NCBI GenBank assembly: GCA_001275005.1
Contig: JWZX01003276.1
Span: 1-44,169, forward strand
Direction: 5' to 3'
Length of the DNA stretch: 44,169 nucleotides
Origin: Chrysochromulina tobinii
Taxonomy: Eukaryota
The notes under the pieces were generated by a model, which saw only the letters and a list, made by a program, of their open reading frames with translations, had not been told where the DNA came from and did not search any database. Positions 1-11,056 of this stretch are shown one piece after another; position 1 is the first letter of the stretch, and every line of letters starts with the position of its first letter. Position numbers and translations under genes: made by a program.

Positions 1-373
1 AGGGGCGGCGGGCGCGGAAGGGGCGGCGGGGGCGGGGGCGGCGGCGGTCGAGGCGGTCGCGGCGGAGGAGGGGACCTGGGCACGCCCGAAGCGAGGCAGC
101 GAGGGCGCGCGGATCTTGAGGCTGATGGAGAGGTGCGCCGAGTTGAGGCCGAGAGAGATGATGCCTCTGCTGCCGCCGCCGCCGCGCCTCGGGCTGCGGC
201 GCGGGGTGCGCGGGGTGCGCGGGGTGCGCGGGGGTGCGCGAAGTGGCATTTGGCACGTCCGCGAAGGCGACGCGGGAGGAGCTTTCCGAACGCGGCGACG
301 AGAGACGCGTTGAAGAGAGGCGCGTGAAGGAGTCGCCGTTGCCGCCGCGCATCCACGCTTCGGGCGAGGGAAG

Positions 374-2719
374 CTAGCGGGGCGACGGGGACGAGAGGTA
401 CGAGTCGTCATTCATGTGATGAGAGTCGTCATTCAAGACCCTCTCGATCGCGAGAATGGCCGCCTCGCGCGCCTGCGCGCCCACCAACTGATGCGCGCCT
501 GGCACGAGCGTCGCCGCTGGCGGCCGCCCACCGAGCACGAGCAAAAGAGCCTCACGTAGCTCAGACGCGGGTCGCACCTCATTGAGGCCGGCGGCGTAGT
601 ACCCTTCGCCGTTGAGCACCTTATCGAAGCCGGAGCGCACTGACCAGCCGACGACCTCACCGCGGCAGTTGAGCAGCGGACCTCCGGAATGGCCCGAGAG
701 CATGAGCGCGTCAGTACGCAGCCAGCCGCCGGTGAGCGGATGCTCGCATCGGCCTGCAAAGACGCCTCGCGTGTTGGTGGCGCTTGGAGGCCCACCGCGC
801 CCAGTGCGCCCATAGCCTAAGAGGACGACGTCCTCGCCCACAGTGAGCGTGGACTCGTGGCCTATTGGCAGCGCGACCACCGGCGGTAACGCACGGACGA
901 TGCTCGAGGGAGTGACAGAGAGGGCGGTGGACGCGGAGGTGGAGAAGGAGGAAGAAGCCGAGGTCGTGGAGACGTCAGAAGCGCGAGTGAGCGCGCGAGG
1001 CGCCCCCATCTCGACGGGAGATGCCGCGAGATGATGGGAGATGATGGGGGGCACCCCCATCTCGACGGGAGATGACGCGAGATGATGGGAGATGATGGGG
1101 GCCACCCCCATCTCGACGGGAGATGACGCGAGATGATGGGAGATGATGGGGGGCACCCCCATCTCGACGGGAGCTTTGGGTGAGGGGGCGAGGGCGCCGC
1201 CGGAGCCCCCACCAAACTGTAACGCCTTCTCGAGCTCGCATTTCTCGAGCTCGCCGTCCACCAGAGACTGCAGGTGCACTGCCGCCAACGCCACGCCTGG
1301 GACGGCAGCGTCAGCGCCGCTGCCGGCCGGCGAGCCACCCTCCTCCTTCGAATCTGTCGACGCGTTTGGCGAGTACGTGGGCGAGGGCGAGGACGAGGAC
1401 GAGGACGAGGACGATGTCCCAATACCGATGGTCATGAAGGGTGCTGGCGGCGGCGGCGGCCCAGCTAGATGCACGGGCAGCGGGCCGACGAGCTGCAGCA
1501 CGGCAAGGTCGAGGCCATTGCGTGCGTCGCGCGGCGCCGGCGCCGGCGACAGGTGCCGGATCACCGCAAGGTGCGTCCAGACTGCGGGCGATCCGAAGCC
1601 GATCGCGACGCCGGCAGCGTGAGGGTCGTGCGCGGCGACTGTGCCGCCCTGCCAGTGCGCCTGCTCGATGTCGTCGATGACATGGCAGCAGGTGACGAGC
1701 ACGTGAGATTGCGCATCGACAAAGAAGCCCGAGCCGACGAGCCGCGGTGGGCCCGCGTCAGAGCAAGAGCCGATCGCGACCACCGCCTGCTGCCACTGCG
1801 GCACCGCCCCGCCCTCAGGGCTCGCTTGCAGCAGAGCGCGCGTAGCACGCGCGAGCACTGCCTGCTTCACGAGGGAGCGCCGCTCGCCGTCGTCGCGGCC
1901 GCGCCCCTTAAGCACGTTTAGTACGGCGCTCAGCAGGCAGCTGGCCGCCGCGCACACGATCGCTCCAGCGAGGACGAGCATCCCTAATCCGAGGTCCACC
2001 ACTAACCCGCCCAACGGCTGGGGCGGCGGCGCGTGCAGCGCGGGCGCCTGGGGTGGCCAGACTGGTCCATGGAGAGCGCGCCCATGCACTGTGGGCGTGG
2101 GCGAGGGCGACGGAGGGAAGGTGAGGGTGGTGCAAAGCGTCATGTCGGGCGGGCACCACGGGCCCGGCTGCACGCCATAGCACTCATGCACGCGCAGCGT
2201 ATGCTGGCACAGATACGGGTCGGACGGCGTCGCGTGGTTGATAAACGTGGTGCACGCGCACGCCGCCAAGATAAAGACCGGAGGCGCCCGAGGTGGTGGC
2301 AAGCGCGGTGAGATTGGCGGTGGCGCGGACGGCGGCGCGGACGGCGGCGAGGGCGGTGGCGGCGAGGGCGGCGGCGGCGAGGGTGGCGGGACGGGGATGG
2401 ACAGCTGCCGGCGCGGGTGGCATCCGCCATCCGCACGGGGGATGCCATCGATGCACGGGGGGGATGGTGGGCATCCGATGCAGAGCTCGTTTGCAATGGA
2501 CGAGGCGGGCAGCGGAGGCGCCGTGTCCTCCAGCATGCAACACAATCGGCTCGTGAGGGTGAGCTGCGCAATGTCCTCAGCTGTGACCGCTGTGGCCATG
2601 GAACGGCGACGTCGAGCCGCCGCCTCCAGCATGGATGGTGGCAGCGAGAGGGCATCTGTCTCAGTGGTGTTGAGCGGGCAGGGATCCTGCAGCAATACAG
2701 TGAATATGCAGTTACTCAT
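374..2719 (-). CDS. Membrane-anchored trypsin-like (S1, Trypsin_2/HtrA-type) serine protease with Pro-rich and Cys-rich N-terminus; the reading frame may continue past the TAG at 374-376
   Basis: GSGFFVD, LVTCCHV (His), LDLAVLQL (Asp), VVLLGYG and SGHSGGPLLN-GEVVG (Ser) motifs; hydrophobic span LGMLVLAGAIVCAAASCLLSAVL; poly-Pro tracts. Start codon uncertain. Confidence 0.8.
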   Translation of the reverse strand: MSNCIFTVLLQDPCPLNTTETDALSLPPSMLEAAARRRRSMATAVTAEDIAQLTLTSRLCCMLEDTAPPLPASSIANELCIGCPPSPPCIDGIPRADGGCHPRRQLSIPVPPPSPPPPSPPPPSPPSAPPSAPPPISPRLPPPRAPPVFILAACACTTFINHATPSDPYLCQHTLRVHECYGVQPGPWCPPDMTLCTTLTFPPSPSPTPTVHGRALHGPVWPPQAPALHAPPPQPLGGLVVDLGLGMLVLAGAIVCAAASCLLSAVLNVLKGRGRDDGERRSLVKQAVLARATRALLQASPEGGAVPQWQQAVVAIGSCSDAGPPRLVGSGFFVDAQSHVLVTCCHVIDDIEQAHWQGGTVAAHDPHAAGVAIGFGSPAVWTHLAVIRHLSPAPAPRDARNGLDLAVLQLVGPLPVHLAGPPPPPAPFMTIGIGTSSSSSSSSSPSPTYSPNASTDSKEEGGSPAGSGADAAVPGVALAAVHLQSLVDGELEKCELEKALQFGGGSGGALAPSPKAPVEMGVPPIISHHLASSPVEMGVAPIISHHLASSPVEMGVPPIISHHLAASPVEMGAPRALTRASDVSTTSASSSFSTSASTALSVTPSSIVRALPPVVALPIGHESTLTVGEDVVLLGYGRTGRGGPPSATNTRGVFAGRCEHPLTGGWLRTDALMLSGHSGGPLLNCRGEVVGWSVRSGFDKVLNGEGYYAAGLNEVRPASELREALLLVLGGRPPAATLVPGAHQLVGAQAREAAILAIERVLNDDSHHMNDDSYLSSPSPR
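1003..1173 (-). repeat. 51-bp tandem repeat (about 3.3 units) encoding PVEMGVPPIISHHLASS inside the protease
   Basis: The CCCCCATCTCGACGGGAG unit starts at 1003, 1054, 1105 and 1156. Confidence 0.95.
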
Positions 2720-3078
2720 CCGAATAGGCGCTGCAATGCGGCCGCGCTTGTTCCCAGTTGGGCCTCTGGCCCCTGCGCCAGGAGCAACGGAGCGTGCAGC
2801 ACGAAGCAGACCGATTGCAGGACTGAAAAGCGAGCATCGTATTAAATATCCAAATTAAAGAGATCCAAATACACGGATCGATGTGAAAATCATCATGCAC
2901 CCATTCGGGAAAATCACGGTACATTGTACATGTACGAGGACCAACGGCGAATGCGTCTGGGCCCGTCTGGGAAGGACGAAACCACTTTCGCCGCAACGTG
3001 TCTTTAGCCCCTCGGGACCAAATCGTCCGGGGCGCTCGTCAGTCCAATCCAGTGGCGCTCGGTCGTGCAGCCGCAAGC

Positions 3079-6000
3079 ATGGGTTTTGCCAAGGAGCATG
3101 AAGAGATCGACCGCGGCTGGTATCCTGAGCGTGGCATTCCTCCGGCGGCGGGCAGTCCCAATCGGCAGACGCCCATGCCCTCGCAGGGGCCGCCCACGCC
3201 CTCGCACATGCGTGGGACGTCATCGTCGGCCCGCATGAGCAGCCCGCGTGGCTCGTCTCCCGCAAAGCGTGGGCCGGCGACGCGCAAAAATGTGGCGGAA
3301 GAGCAGCGTGGTGACCGCAGAAGAAGCCACGGTGAGCGCCATCAGCCTGCTTCGATGCAGTGGACGCTGCCATTGACGCTGCAGCGGACGCCGCAATGCT
3401 GCCCAACGCAGCCACTGTTGCCGAGCGGAGCCAGCGTTGGCCAGCCGATGGCCGGCATATCGGGACGGGTTGCTGTGTGTTGTGCTTGCGGCCACTCCGA
3501 CGCCGTGCCGATGCGCTGCTCCGGGGCTGCCGTGGCTACTGCCGCAGCGGCTCTCGGCAGCTCATGCTGTGCGTGTGTGTGTGCGCGTACGCTGCTGCTC
3601 GCTCGAGCTGACCCGCGTGCTACGCTCGCCTCTCGCGTGCGCTGCAGACTACAAGACGGAGACAGAGAAGGCCTTCCAGGATCCGAGCAACCACGATCCG
3701 ATCGAGGACGAGTACGGCCGGCCCATTCGGCGGCTCTACTCCGGCCGTATTAAGAAGCGCGTCGACCTGAAGCACGAGGGCGAGAGCGACGAGGTCATCT
3801 ACCAGTACACGGGTGAGGGCTCGGCCAACCCGAACAAGTACGCGCTCGATGAGATCTACCCCGAGAAGTTCGACGACGCGGCGGGCCAGCCGTCGAAGAC
3901 ACTCTTTGCCAAGAACGCTCGGATGCGGATGGTCGAGTACTTCCCCGAGAAGGACATCAAGGCGTATCTTGGTGGCGAGGCGGACGAGCTCATGTTCGGG
4001 CACTCGGTCGCTGGTGCAGGCGTGGGGCAGGACCAGTACGAGGTGCGCGAGGTCCCCGATCTCATGCCTAATTCATTCATGGGCTCGGCCGGCCTGACGT
4101 CCAAGGAGCTGCAGCGGCACGTGCTCAAGGAGAAGATCAACCAGGACGGTCCCGAGACCTTCCCGCACGTGGCGGATGCGGCGGATGAGATCATCTACGG
4201 CCGGCGCACCAACCGGCACTACAACCGCGTCGACAAGATCACCGACCTGCCGCTGCATGGTAAGGCGGGCTTCCGCGACGCGGCGGGCATGCTCAGCAGG
4301 GAGCGAGCGCGCACTGGCCAGGAGCCCCTCGAAAAGAAGCTCGATAACATCATCAAGCACGAGACGCGCCCGTACCTGGGCGGCGAGGCGGACGAGGTCA
4401 TCTACGGGCGCCAGATGGGCGGCAACCGCTCCGAGCTCAACGAGATCAAGGACCTGAGGCCCAAGATGTTTGCGGGCGCTGCGGGCCTCACCTCGAACGA
4501 GGTCATCAAGGCGAACCCCGACCTCGAGCACTACATCATCGAGCAGCCACCGGGCTCGTCGTCTAAGCTCGAGCTGCGCCGCGGCGGTGAGATGGCCGAG
4601 AGGCTCGGCGCGTGCGACGGCGAGGCGGGCGAGCCGCTACGCATCGCCTCCTCGTACCCGGAGGTCTTTGTGGGAGCGGCGGGTATGAACTCGTCAGACC
4701 TGATGACGAAGAGCGGCTCGGCAGACTAGATGATCTTCCGGCTCAATCCGCAGAGCGGGCTCGCGACGGGCGGCGAGGCGGCGCAGGCCATCTACGGCAA
4801 CACGGGTAACACCGACCTCAAGTCGTTCATCCACCAGGGCGCCTTCGAGATCAGCTCCGTGTACCCGCGCGCGTACCGCGGCGTCGCTGGCGCCTCCTCG
4901 CGCAACCTGTTCAAGAACTCTCCTGAGGCGGGCGGCCGCCACCTCTTCTCAGAGAACCTCAAGGGGCGCGTCATCGGCCAGAAAGGCTGCGGCACCGATG
5001 CAAAGCCCAAGGGCAACCCGGGCGGCGCCGGCCTCAACTCGAAGGAGCTCTTCAAGGGTCATAAGCTGCAGGCCATCGGCGACACGCCGCGCGATAGGAA
5101 CAACGATGTGGACGGCGACGGCATCTCGGACCACCTGCGCGATGAGGAGGCGGACATTGTGCTCTACGGCGGCGATCTCGACGACAGCGAGCTGCGCAAG
5201 GTCGGCGGCATCCCCGACAAGAATCCAAAGGCTTTCGAAGGCGCGGCCGGCCTCACGTCGCGCCAGGTCTTCCGCGCGCAGCAGGAATGCTTGGTGGGTG
5301 CTGAGTATCACCCCGAGGAGCACAAGCTCGGGCAGGCGCGCTGGGGAGGCGAGATGGAGAGCGTCATGTACGGCGAGCACTCATCCAACCGCTCGGTCAT
5401 CTACGAGGTGCAGAAGCTCGCGCCCGAAAAGTACGAGGATGCGGCGGGCCTCACGTCCAAACACGCGCAGGCGGTGCGCGAGGATCTCAGCATGGACGAT
5501 GCGCGAGGCAAGAAGACGATGCCTGCGCCCGAGCGCGCGCGCGGCAACCCGAATGCCCACGGGCGCGTCGACATCACCAACTTCGACAAGAAGGCCTTCC
5601 ATGAGGCGGCGGGCCTCTCGTCGATTCAGCAGCATCGTGGAGAAGATGAGGAGGCCATGCTCACCTGTGCGGGCACGGGAGGCGTTCGGGACGCGAGGCA
5701 ATTCCAGGGCGAGGCTGCCTCAGTGGTCTTCGGTGGGCCGCCCCCGCCCGAGCAGACGGCACACAAGTCGATCGCCGGTCTCACCTCGAGTGCGGTGCAT
5801 CATATCAAGAAGAGCGGCTACGAGGCTCGGCGGCTCGACGTGCGCACGATGCGGGACCCCGGCGGCTCGGAGGCGCACGACGTCATGTACGCCAAGCGTG
5901 CGGAGGACGTCGAGTACGATGGCAACGAAGAGCCACGCATCGACGAGCTGCCTGAAAAGTATCCCGAGAATTTCACGGGTGCGGCGGGCCTTTCCACCAA

Positions 6001-6910
6001 GGACACTTTCCGGCAGTTGGTACGCCCCTACATGTTCGGCGAGAAAACGAGCGACGGCATGGAGATGGGCGCCAAGCACATCACGTCCCTCAATGCGGCG
6101 GCCACCCCATCGCAGCTCAACACGGCGTTCATGCGCGCATCGCACTGGTTTGAGCCCGACGATACGCCGGGCGCCGGGCGCGCGCGCAAATTCACGCCCG
6201 AGGAAGTCGAGCAGTCGATGGCCGCGGCTGAGCTCGCGGAGGAGTCGAGGAGGCACAAGCTCTACCAGAGTTACGCCTCCTACGGCGCCGCCTCGGGCTA
6301 TCAGGATGCCGAGCACACGGGTACATACGACCAGTATGAGTGGCAGCAAGAAGAAGCGCCGAAATGGGCACGCGAGCGCCCGGTGCCACCCACCGGGCCG
6401 CCCACCATGCCGCAGCAGCAGCCGCCCTCGCCCACGAGGCAGCAGACATTTCAGCGAACGCAGCAGCAGCAGGCACAGCAGCCGCAGCCGCAGCCGCCAC
6501 CGCGGGGAACGCCTGCGGCGCCTGCCGCCGCGTCGTCCTCGGCGGAGCCCTACCCGGGATCGCCTATGGACCGCTTGCCCCCGGGCGCAGCCCACAAGCG
6601 ATTCATGGAGAGCTCCGTGGGCAGCGTGGTCCCCCCCCTCGGGCGCCCCCCTTCACCCTCGCGAGGGACGCCAAGGGCAGCCCCCCCCTCGCCCGCGAAT
6701 TTGGGACTCTTCTCCAAGGGTTCCTTTGCGGCTCGAAAGCTCGAGGCGACGCGCGACGCGTATGGCTACGACAACGGGCCGCTCTCGGGCCGCTCGTCGC
6801 AGCCGAGCCCGGGCCGCGCCTCGCTCGGCCAGTATGCCGACTTTGCCTCGCGGCTCAACGCCGCTGAGTCACAGCGCTCGCAGCGCAGCGCTCGCAGCTA
6901 CCGCGGCTGA
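3079..6910 (+). CDS. Large repeat protein of unknown function (about 11-12 GGEADEVIYG...F.GAAGLTS units); model join(3079..3331,3648..6910) with an internal TAG at 4727-4729
   Basis: ORFs 3437..4729 and 4730..6910 are in the same frame and share the repeat; a phase-1 GT-AG intron links them to an upstream exon starting MGFAKEHEE; GC3-rich codon usage throughout. Confidence 0.75.
3332..3647 (+). other. Spliceosomal intron (316 nt)
   Basis: G/GTGAGC donor, CTGAC branch-like site near 3608, TGCAG/ acceptor; splicing keeps the frame (CAC G-AC TAC AAG). Confidence 0.75.
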
Positions 6911-8210
6911 GAGCCGTGTGGTTTGTGCGCCGACGCGCCATGCGCGAGGAGGCATCACGCACGCGCTCAGAGGGAGTGAGTGGCATGTGAGACGGCTGCG
7001 GCCGGGGCAGCCATCGCCAGGGCGACATGGACTTCAGATCAGTATGGTGTGCAAGATGGAAGCAAGATGGTGTGGCTTCGAACAGCCGCAGGGGTGTGTG
7101 GCGAGGGAGAGGGGTAAAGTAAGATGAGCAGGGGGGGTTGCAGCATGAGACGGCGTGGGCTGTGCGCAGGTTGATGCGCGCGGCGGTGGGAAACATGAGA
7201 TACATCGGAGTCGGATCATATCATGCCATGCAGGGTGTGGTCCGCGCGCACACGACAGGCACACAGGGCGCGGGGTAGCCCCGCGTTTAAAGGGGTTGTC
7301 AACTGGGGTGCGGTGATGCGATTAAGTGTGTCGAAGTGTGTCGTACCGCCGCAACCCCGGCGGCCCGGGCCGGGCGCCACTGTCCTGTGTAACTATCCGA
7401 TCCACAGGCGTCGACGACACGACGTCGGTGCGCGTGCCATCGAGACGCCCCCCCCCCGCGCCCCCGGGCGGTGCGGGTTTCTAAATTCTAATCTTTCTAT
7501 CCGCACGGTTACCCCGGGTACGGGGAGGCCGGTACCCGCGCGCCGCGGACGTCTGACTTCGCTTCAGATTCGTCGGTAGGGAGCAGGCCCGGGCCGCTTG
7601 GCGATAGGACGCTTAGGAGGAGGACGGCGACGGTACTGTCGCGTCGTGTGAAGTCGTGTGGTACGTGCTCGCTACATGTAGTGCCTAGTAGTGGACGCTC
7701 CGTGAAATCAAAAGACCTAAAAGGACAAACGAAAAAGAATCAGCCCTGTTCACTTCAGCCTCGATCACCGTTGTGCGCGTTGCCCTCACGTGCTTTACCG
7801 CCCGTTACATGTAAGGTCATGTTCCATCAGAAACGGCAAACGCTGCGTTTGGTGAACATCACCTTGCCGATCAGAATAGATCAGAATGAGCCTCACGTTC
7901 TCGTGCTTCCGGGCTCGGGAGTTACCCTCTGCACCAGGAGGCTGGCCCCGCAGCACACCGAGCGGGGTAGGGCAACCCACGCAAGAGGCCGTAGGCCTGT
8001 CGAGAACCGTCCATCATGCGTGTTATCGCGGTGTCTTGCGCCCTTCATCATCTCAGTCTTATGGGCTCTCAGTCTCGTCCTCTCTCTCTATCTGTCTCGC
8101 GCGCCGCCGATGATCTCGCCTTTGGGGAATTCGTTAAAATTTCAAGACTTCAACGCGCGAGCTCGGGTTCTCTTGGCATCTTCCAAGTTTGGTTCCTTAC
8201 ATTCGCAAGA

Positions 8211-8954
8211 ATGCTTATGAGACGAATCGTTGCTGCGGCGCTCATTGCATCTGGCGATGCGCTCAACGTCGTGGGCATGTCTCGTCGTGCGGCCTTCGCC
8301 AAGGCCGCCGCGCTGATCCCGCTCGTGCCTCTCGCCGCGTTCGCCGAGCTCAAGCAGGCGTCAGACGCGGATGTCTACGAGCGCGCAGACGAGGGCAAGC
8401 TCAACGCCGCCCGCGTCGTCGAGCGTGCCAAGGCAGGCAAGCTCGTCGATGGCTCGAGCGCCACCTGCGACGAGCTCATCGACATCCTCGCGATCGACCG
8501 CCGTGCTCTCCAGTTCGAGACGGACAAGCTGGACTCGCTGCCCGATGACTCCCCACAGAGGCAGACCGTCGCGAAAGCCCAGAAGGCGCTCGAGGCCCAG
8601 ATCAAGAAGCTTAAGGACCTCGAGAAGACCAAGTCGTGCCCGGGGCTGAAGCAGAAGTCAGACGAGGGTGTCTACAGGCGTGCGGACGAGAACAGGCTCG
8701 GCTGGGCCCGCGTCATCGAGCGCGCCAAGACGGGCAAGCTCGTCGATGGCTCGAGCGCCACCTGCTCCGAGCTGGAGAAGATTATCCGCGTCGACAAGGA
8801 GGCCATCCGGTATGAGTTAGACAAGCTCGAGGCCATGCCCAACGACCCCGAGCAGAAGAATATCGTCGCGGACGCCGAGAAGGCCATCGAGGCCCAGATC
8901 GTCAAGCTCAACGCCAAGCGCAGGGAGAAGAATTGCTTCACTTATCTCGACTGA
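8211..8954 (+). CDS. Nucleus-encoded, probably thylakoid-lumen protein with two tandem copies of a ~99-aa domain
   Basis: Signal peptide (MRRIVAAALIASGDAL), then twin-Arg SRRAAF, a hydrophobic stretch and an A-F-A cleavage site; the domain LKQ.SD..VY.RADE.....ARV.ERAK.GKLVDGSSATC.EL starts at 8349 and 8646. Confidence 0.8.
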   Translation: MLMRRIVAAALIASGDALNVVGMSRRAAFAKAAALIPLVPLAAFAELKQASDADVYERADEGKLNAARVVERAKAGKLVDGSSATCDELIDILAIDRRALQFETDKLDSLPDDSPQRQTVAKAQKALEAQIKKLKDLEKTKSCPGLKQKSDEGVYRRADENRLGWARVIERAKTGKLVDGSSATCSELEKIIRVDKEAIRYELDKLEAMPNDPEQKNIVADAEKAIEAQIVKLNAKRREKNCFTYLD

Positions 8955-9714
8955 GGCGTGCGGGGCGCATGCTGCCCTCATATGATGTGACCTATCAGAG
9001 AGCGGAATATCGCTCGTGTTGACACATATCTCATATTGGTTGTATCCAGTATTCTTCCGCAACGCAAGTTCGCGTCTTGGGTATCGAGACAAACGGCGAC
9101 AGGGGAAACGAGCGGGAGCAGGCCGCGTACGCCCCAAGGTACGCCCGTTTGCGCGCGTACCGGCGCGGGCCGACCGGATCTCGCGGATCATGCCTGTCCG
9201 TCTCGTCCGGTAAGAACTACAATGATGCACAAACAGAATATATAATTTCCGCTACGGCTACTATTGTTTACACGATAAAAATGTCCCGGGCACAGGTCTC
9301 AGGTGAACGCGGGAATCCGACGCGACGCCTTACGTTTCCGATTGTTATCGCCGATTGTCGACGGAAATGTTAAAACCCACACGATGATAGTCGACATGAA
9401 ATGCTGACAGACATTGTTTATAAATTGTTTATATACTTGGTGCACACCTCCACGCGGTATGTCCACCCGCGCCGGCTCTTTAACTTTAAACTTAGTAACT
9501 TCGGTAACCGCGGGACCGATAACCGAACAAGACCCGGTCGGCTTCCGCGTGCCGGGCGGCGTGGGGGACACAAACAGACGAAAACCGGTTCCTAAAACGT
9601 TCCTCGTTGGCTCATCATACTGTGGCCTCCATACGAAGCTCGCGCCCGGCGCGCTCGCCTGCCGCCTCCTCCACCGCTACCACCAGCTCGGCCTCCGTCG
9701 CCACCACGGCCGTC

Positions 9715-10731
9715 TCAGTTGGCGCCGCTGCCGTATGTGTGGAACAGGATCGAGGGCTGCGGAATTGAGTTGCCGGTGCCGGTGGGCTTGAAGGGCGCGG
9801 CGCCCTCGATGCGATTCTTGGCAGCCTCCTCCTTGGCCTCCTTGATCTTCAGGTCGAGCGGGTCCTCAATGTACTTGGGGAACTTTTCGAACGTCCCTTG
9901 CGGCCCCGATTTGGGTGCCTGGGCTGGCCGGAAGGCGCGGTCGTGCTCGGCATACTTGCCGACCACCGTCGACTTGGGCGGCCGCTCGGGCAAGCGCGGG
10001 TTCTCGGTGAAGATAGCGGACGATGCACACTTGTACGTGGGCTGGTCGAAGAAGTCGACGGAATGACTCATCGTCTTGTACGCCGGCCGGCCGGCGATCG
10101 CCTCCTTGTCCTTTGCCATCATCTCCTTCTCCTTGAGGCGCGCCGCGTCGTACGGGTCCACCGAGTGCTTGTACTCGCGCCCGCCGTACTTGCCCAAGCC
10201 CGACTCGCCCTGCAATGGCCCCGGCCCGAAGATGCAGCCCGGCGTAGACGCGCCGTACCCCTTCTTCATGGGACTGTTTTTAATCTGCTGCAGCTCGTGT
10301 GTGACTGGCTCGGGCTTCTCGCCGTGCTTGAGCACCTCGTAATCCTGCATGTGAGGAAACGGCTGCTTGTGCCCAGCTATCGTGCCGTAGTAGTCGCCCA
10401 CGCCCGAGCTCTTCTTGGGTTTGCTCGAGTACCTGAATCCGTTCGTCGTCAGGTTCCTTTTGGCCTCCTCCGTCGCCGCCTCCATCATGATCTTGTACTC
10501 CTCCTTGTGCTTTTCGCCCTCGTACAGGCGCTTGAACGTGCCGACCGGGATCTTGCCGTATTTGCCGCGGTTCCAATTGTCGCCAAGCTGGCCCTTTCGC
10601 GGGTTGTTGGTGATGAACTGCCCACCCTTCGTGCGGGAGTCCGACTGCTGGCCGTCCTGGTACGGCTCGCCCACGCCGCCAAACGACGGCATCGAGAAGG
10701 TGCCAAACCTTTGAAGATCAGTTCGGGGCAT
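9715..10731 (-). CDS. CFAP96: Cilia- and flagella-associated protein 96 (C4orf47/DUF4586 family)
   Basis: TDLQRFGTFS, FKRLYEGE, EEAKRNL, KKSSGVGDYYGTIAG and SPMKKGYG match, in order, the blocks I recall from C4orf47/CFAP96. Confidence 0.8.
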   Translation of the reverse strand: MPRTDLQRFGTFSMPSFGGVGEPYQDGQQSDSRTKGGQFITNNPRKGQLGDNWNRGKYGKIPVGTFKRLYEGEKHKEEYKIMMEAATEEAKRNLTTNGFRYSSKPKKSSGVGDYYGTIAGHKQPFPHMQDYEVLKHGEKPEPVTHELQQIKNSPMKKGYGASTPGCIFGPGPLQGESGLGKYGGREYKHSVDPYDAARLKEKEMMAKDKEAIAGRPAYKTMSHSVDFFDQPTYKCASSAIFTENPRLPERPPKSTVVGKYAEHDRAFRPAQAPKSGPQGTFEKFPKYIEDPLDLKIKEAKEEAAKNRIEGAAPFKPTGTGNSIPQPSILFHTYGSGAN

Positions 10732-11056
10732 TGTGAACGGCTCCTGCGGGTGTGCACGGCGGTGCGGTCGCGGCGGCTGCCTGCGACGAGACCTGGTGCG
10801 GCGCGCTCCTTTTCGCCTGGACCGACGAGCGCGGAACGACCCAAGCTGTTACGGAAGAAAAAGCTTTCGTCGTGTGTGAATGAAACGGAAAGCGCTCGGG
10901 ATTTATCCGGGATTCATGAAGGCCCTGACGGCCTTCCGACGGCCGCGCTTGGTTGGAGAATCGAATAAATTTGTTCCGCCGTTCCCCCCTCATCTTTGGG
11001 GGGCTTGCGAGTTGGAGATTTTTTCTGCTCCCCTCGTCCCGCTTCTCGTGGTTGCG

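Noticed and set aside
4683..4729. A small GT...TAG intron removing the internal stop
   Set aside because: 47 nt would shift the frame and delete part of a conserved AAGMNS repeat motif.
4998..7127. 709-aa Arg/Ser-rich ORF and similar long overlapping ORFs (e.g. 9898..10968, 37793..38965)
   Set aside because: Alternative-frame or antisense shadows of GC3-biased genes, with no independent motifs.
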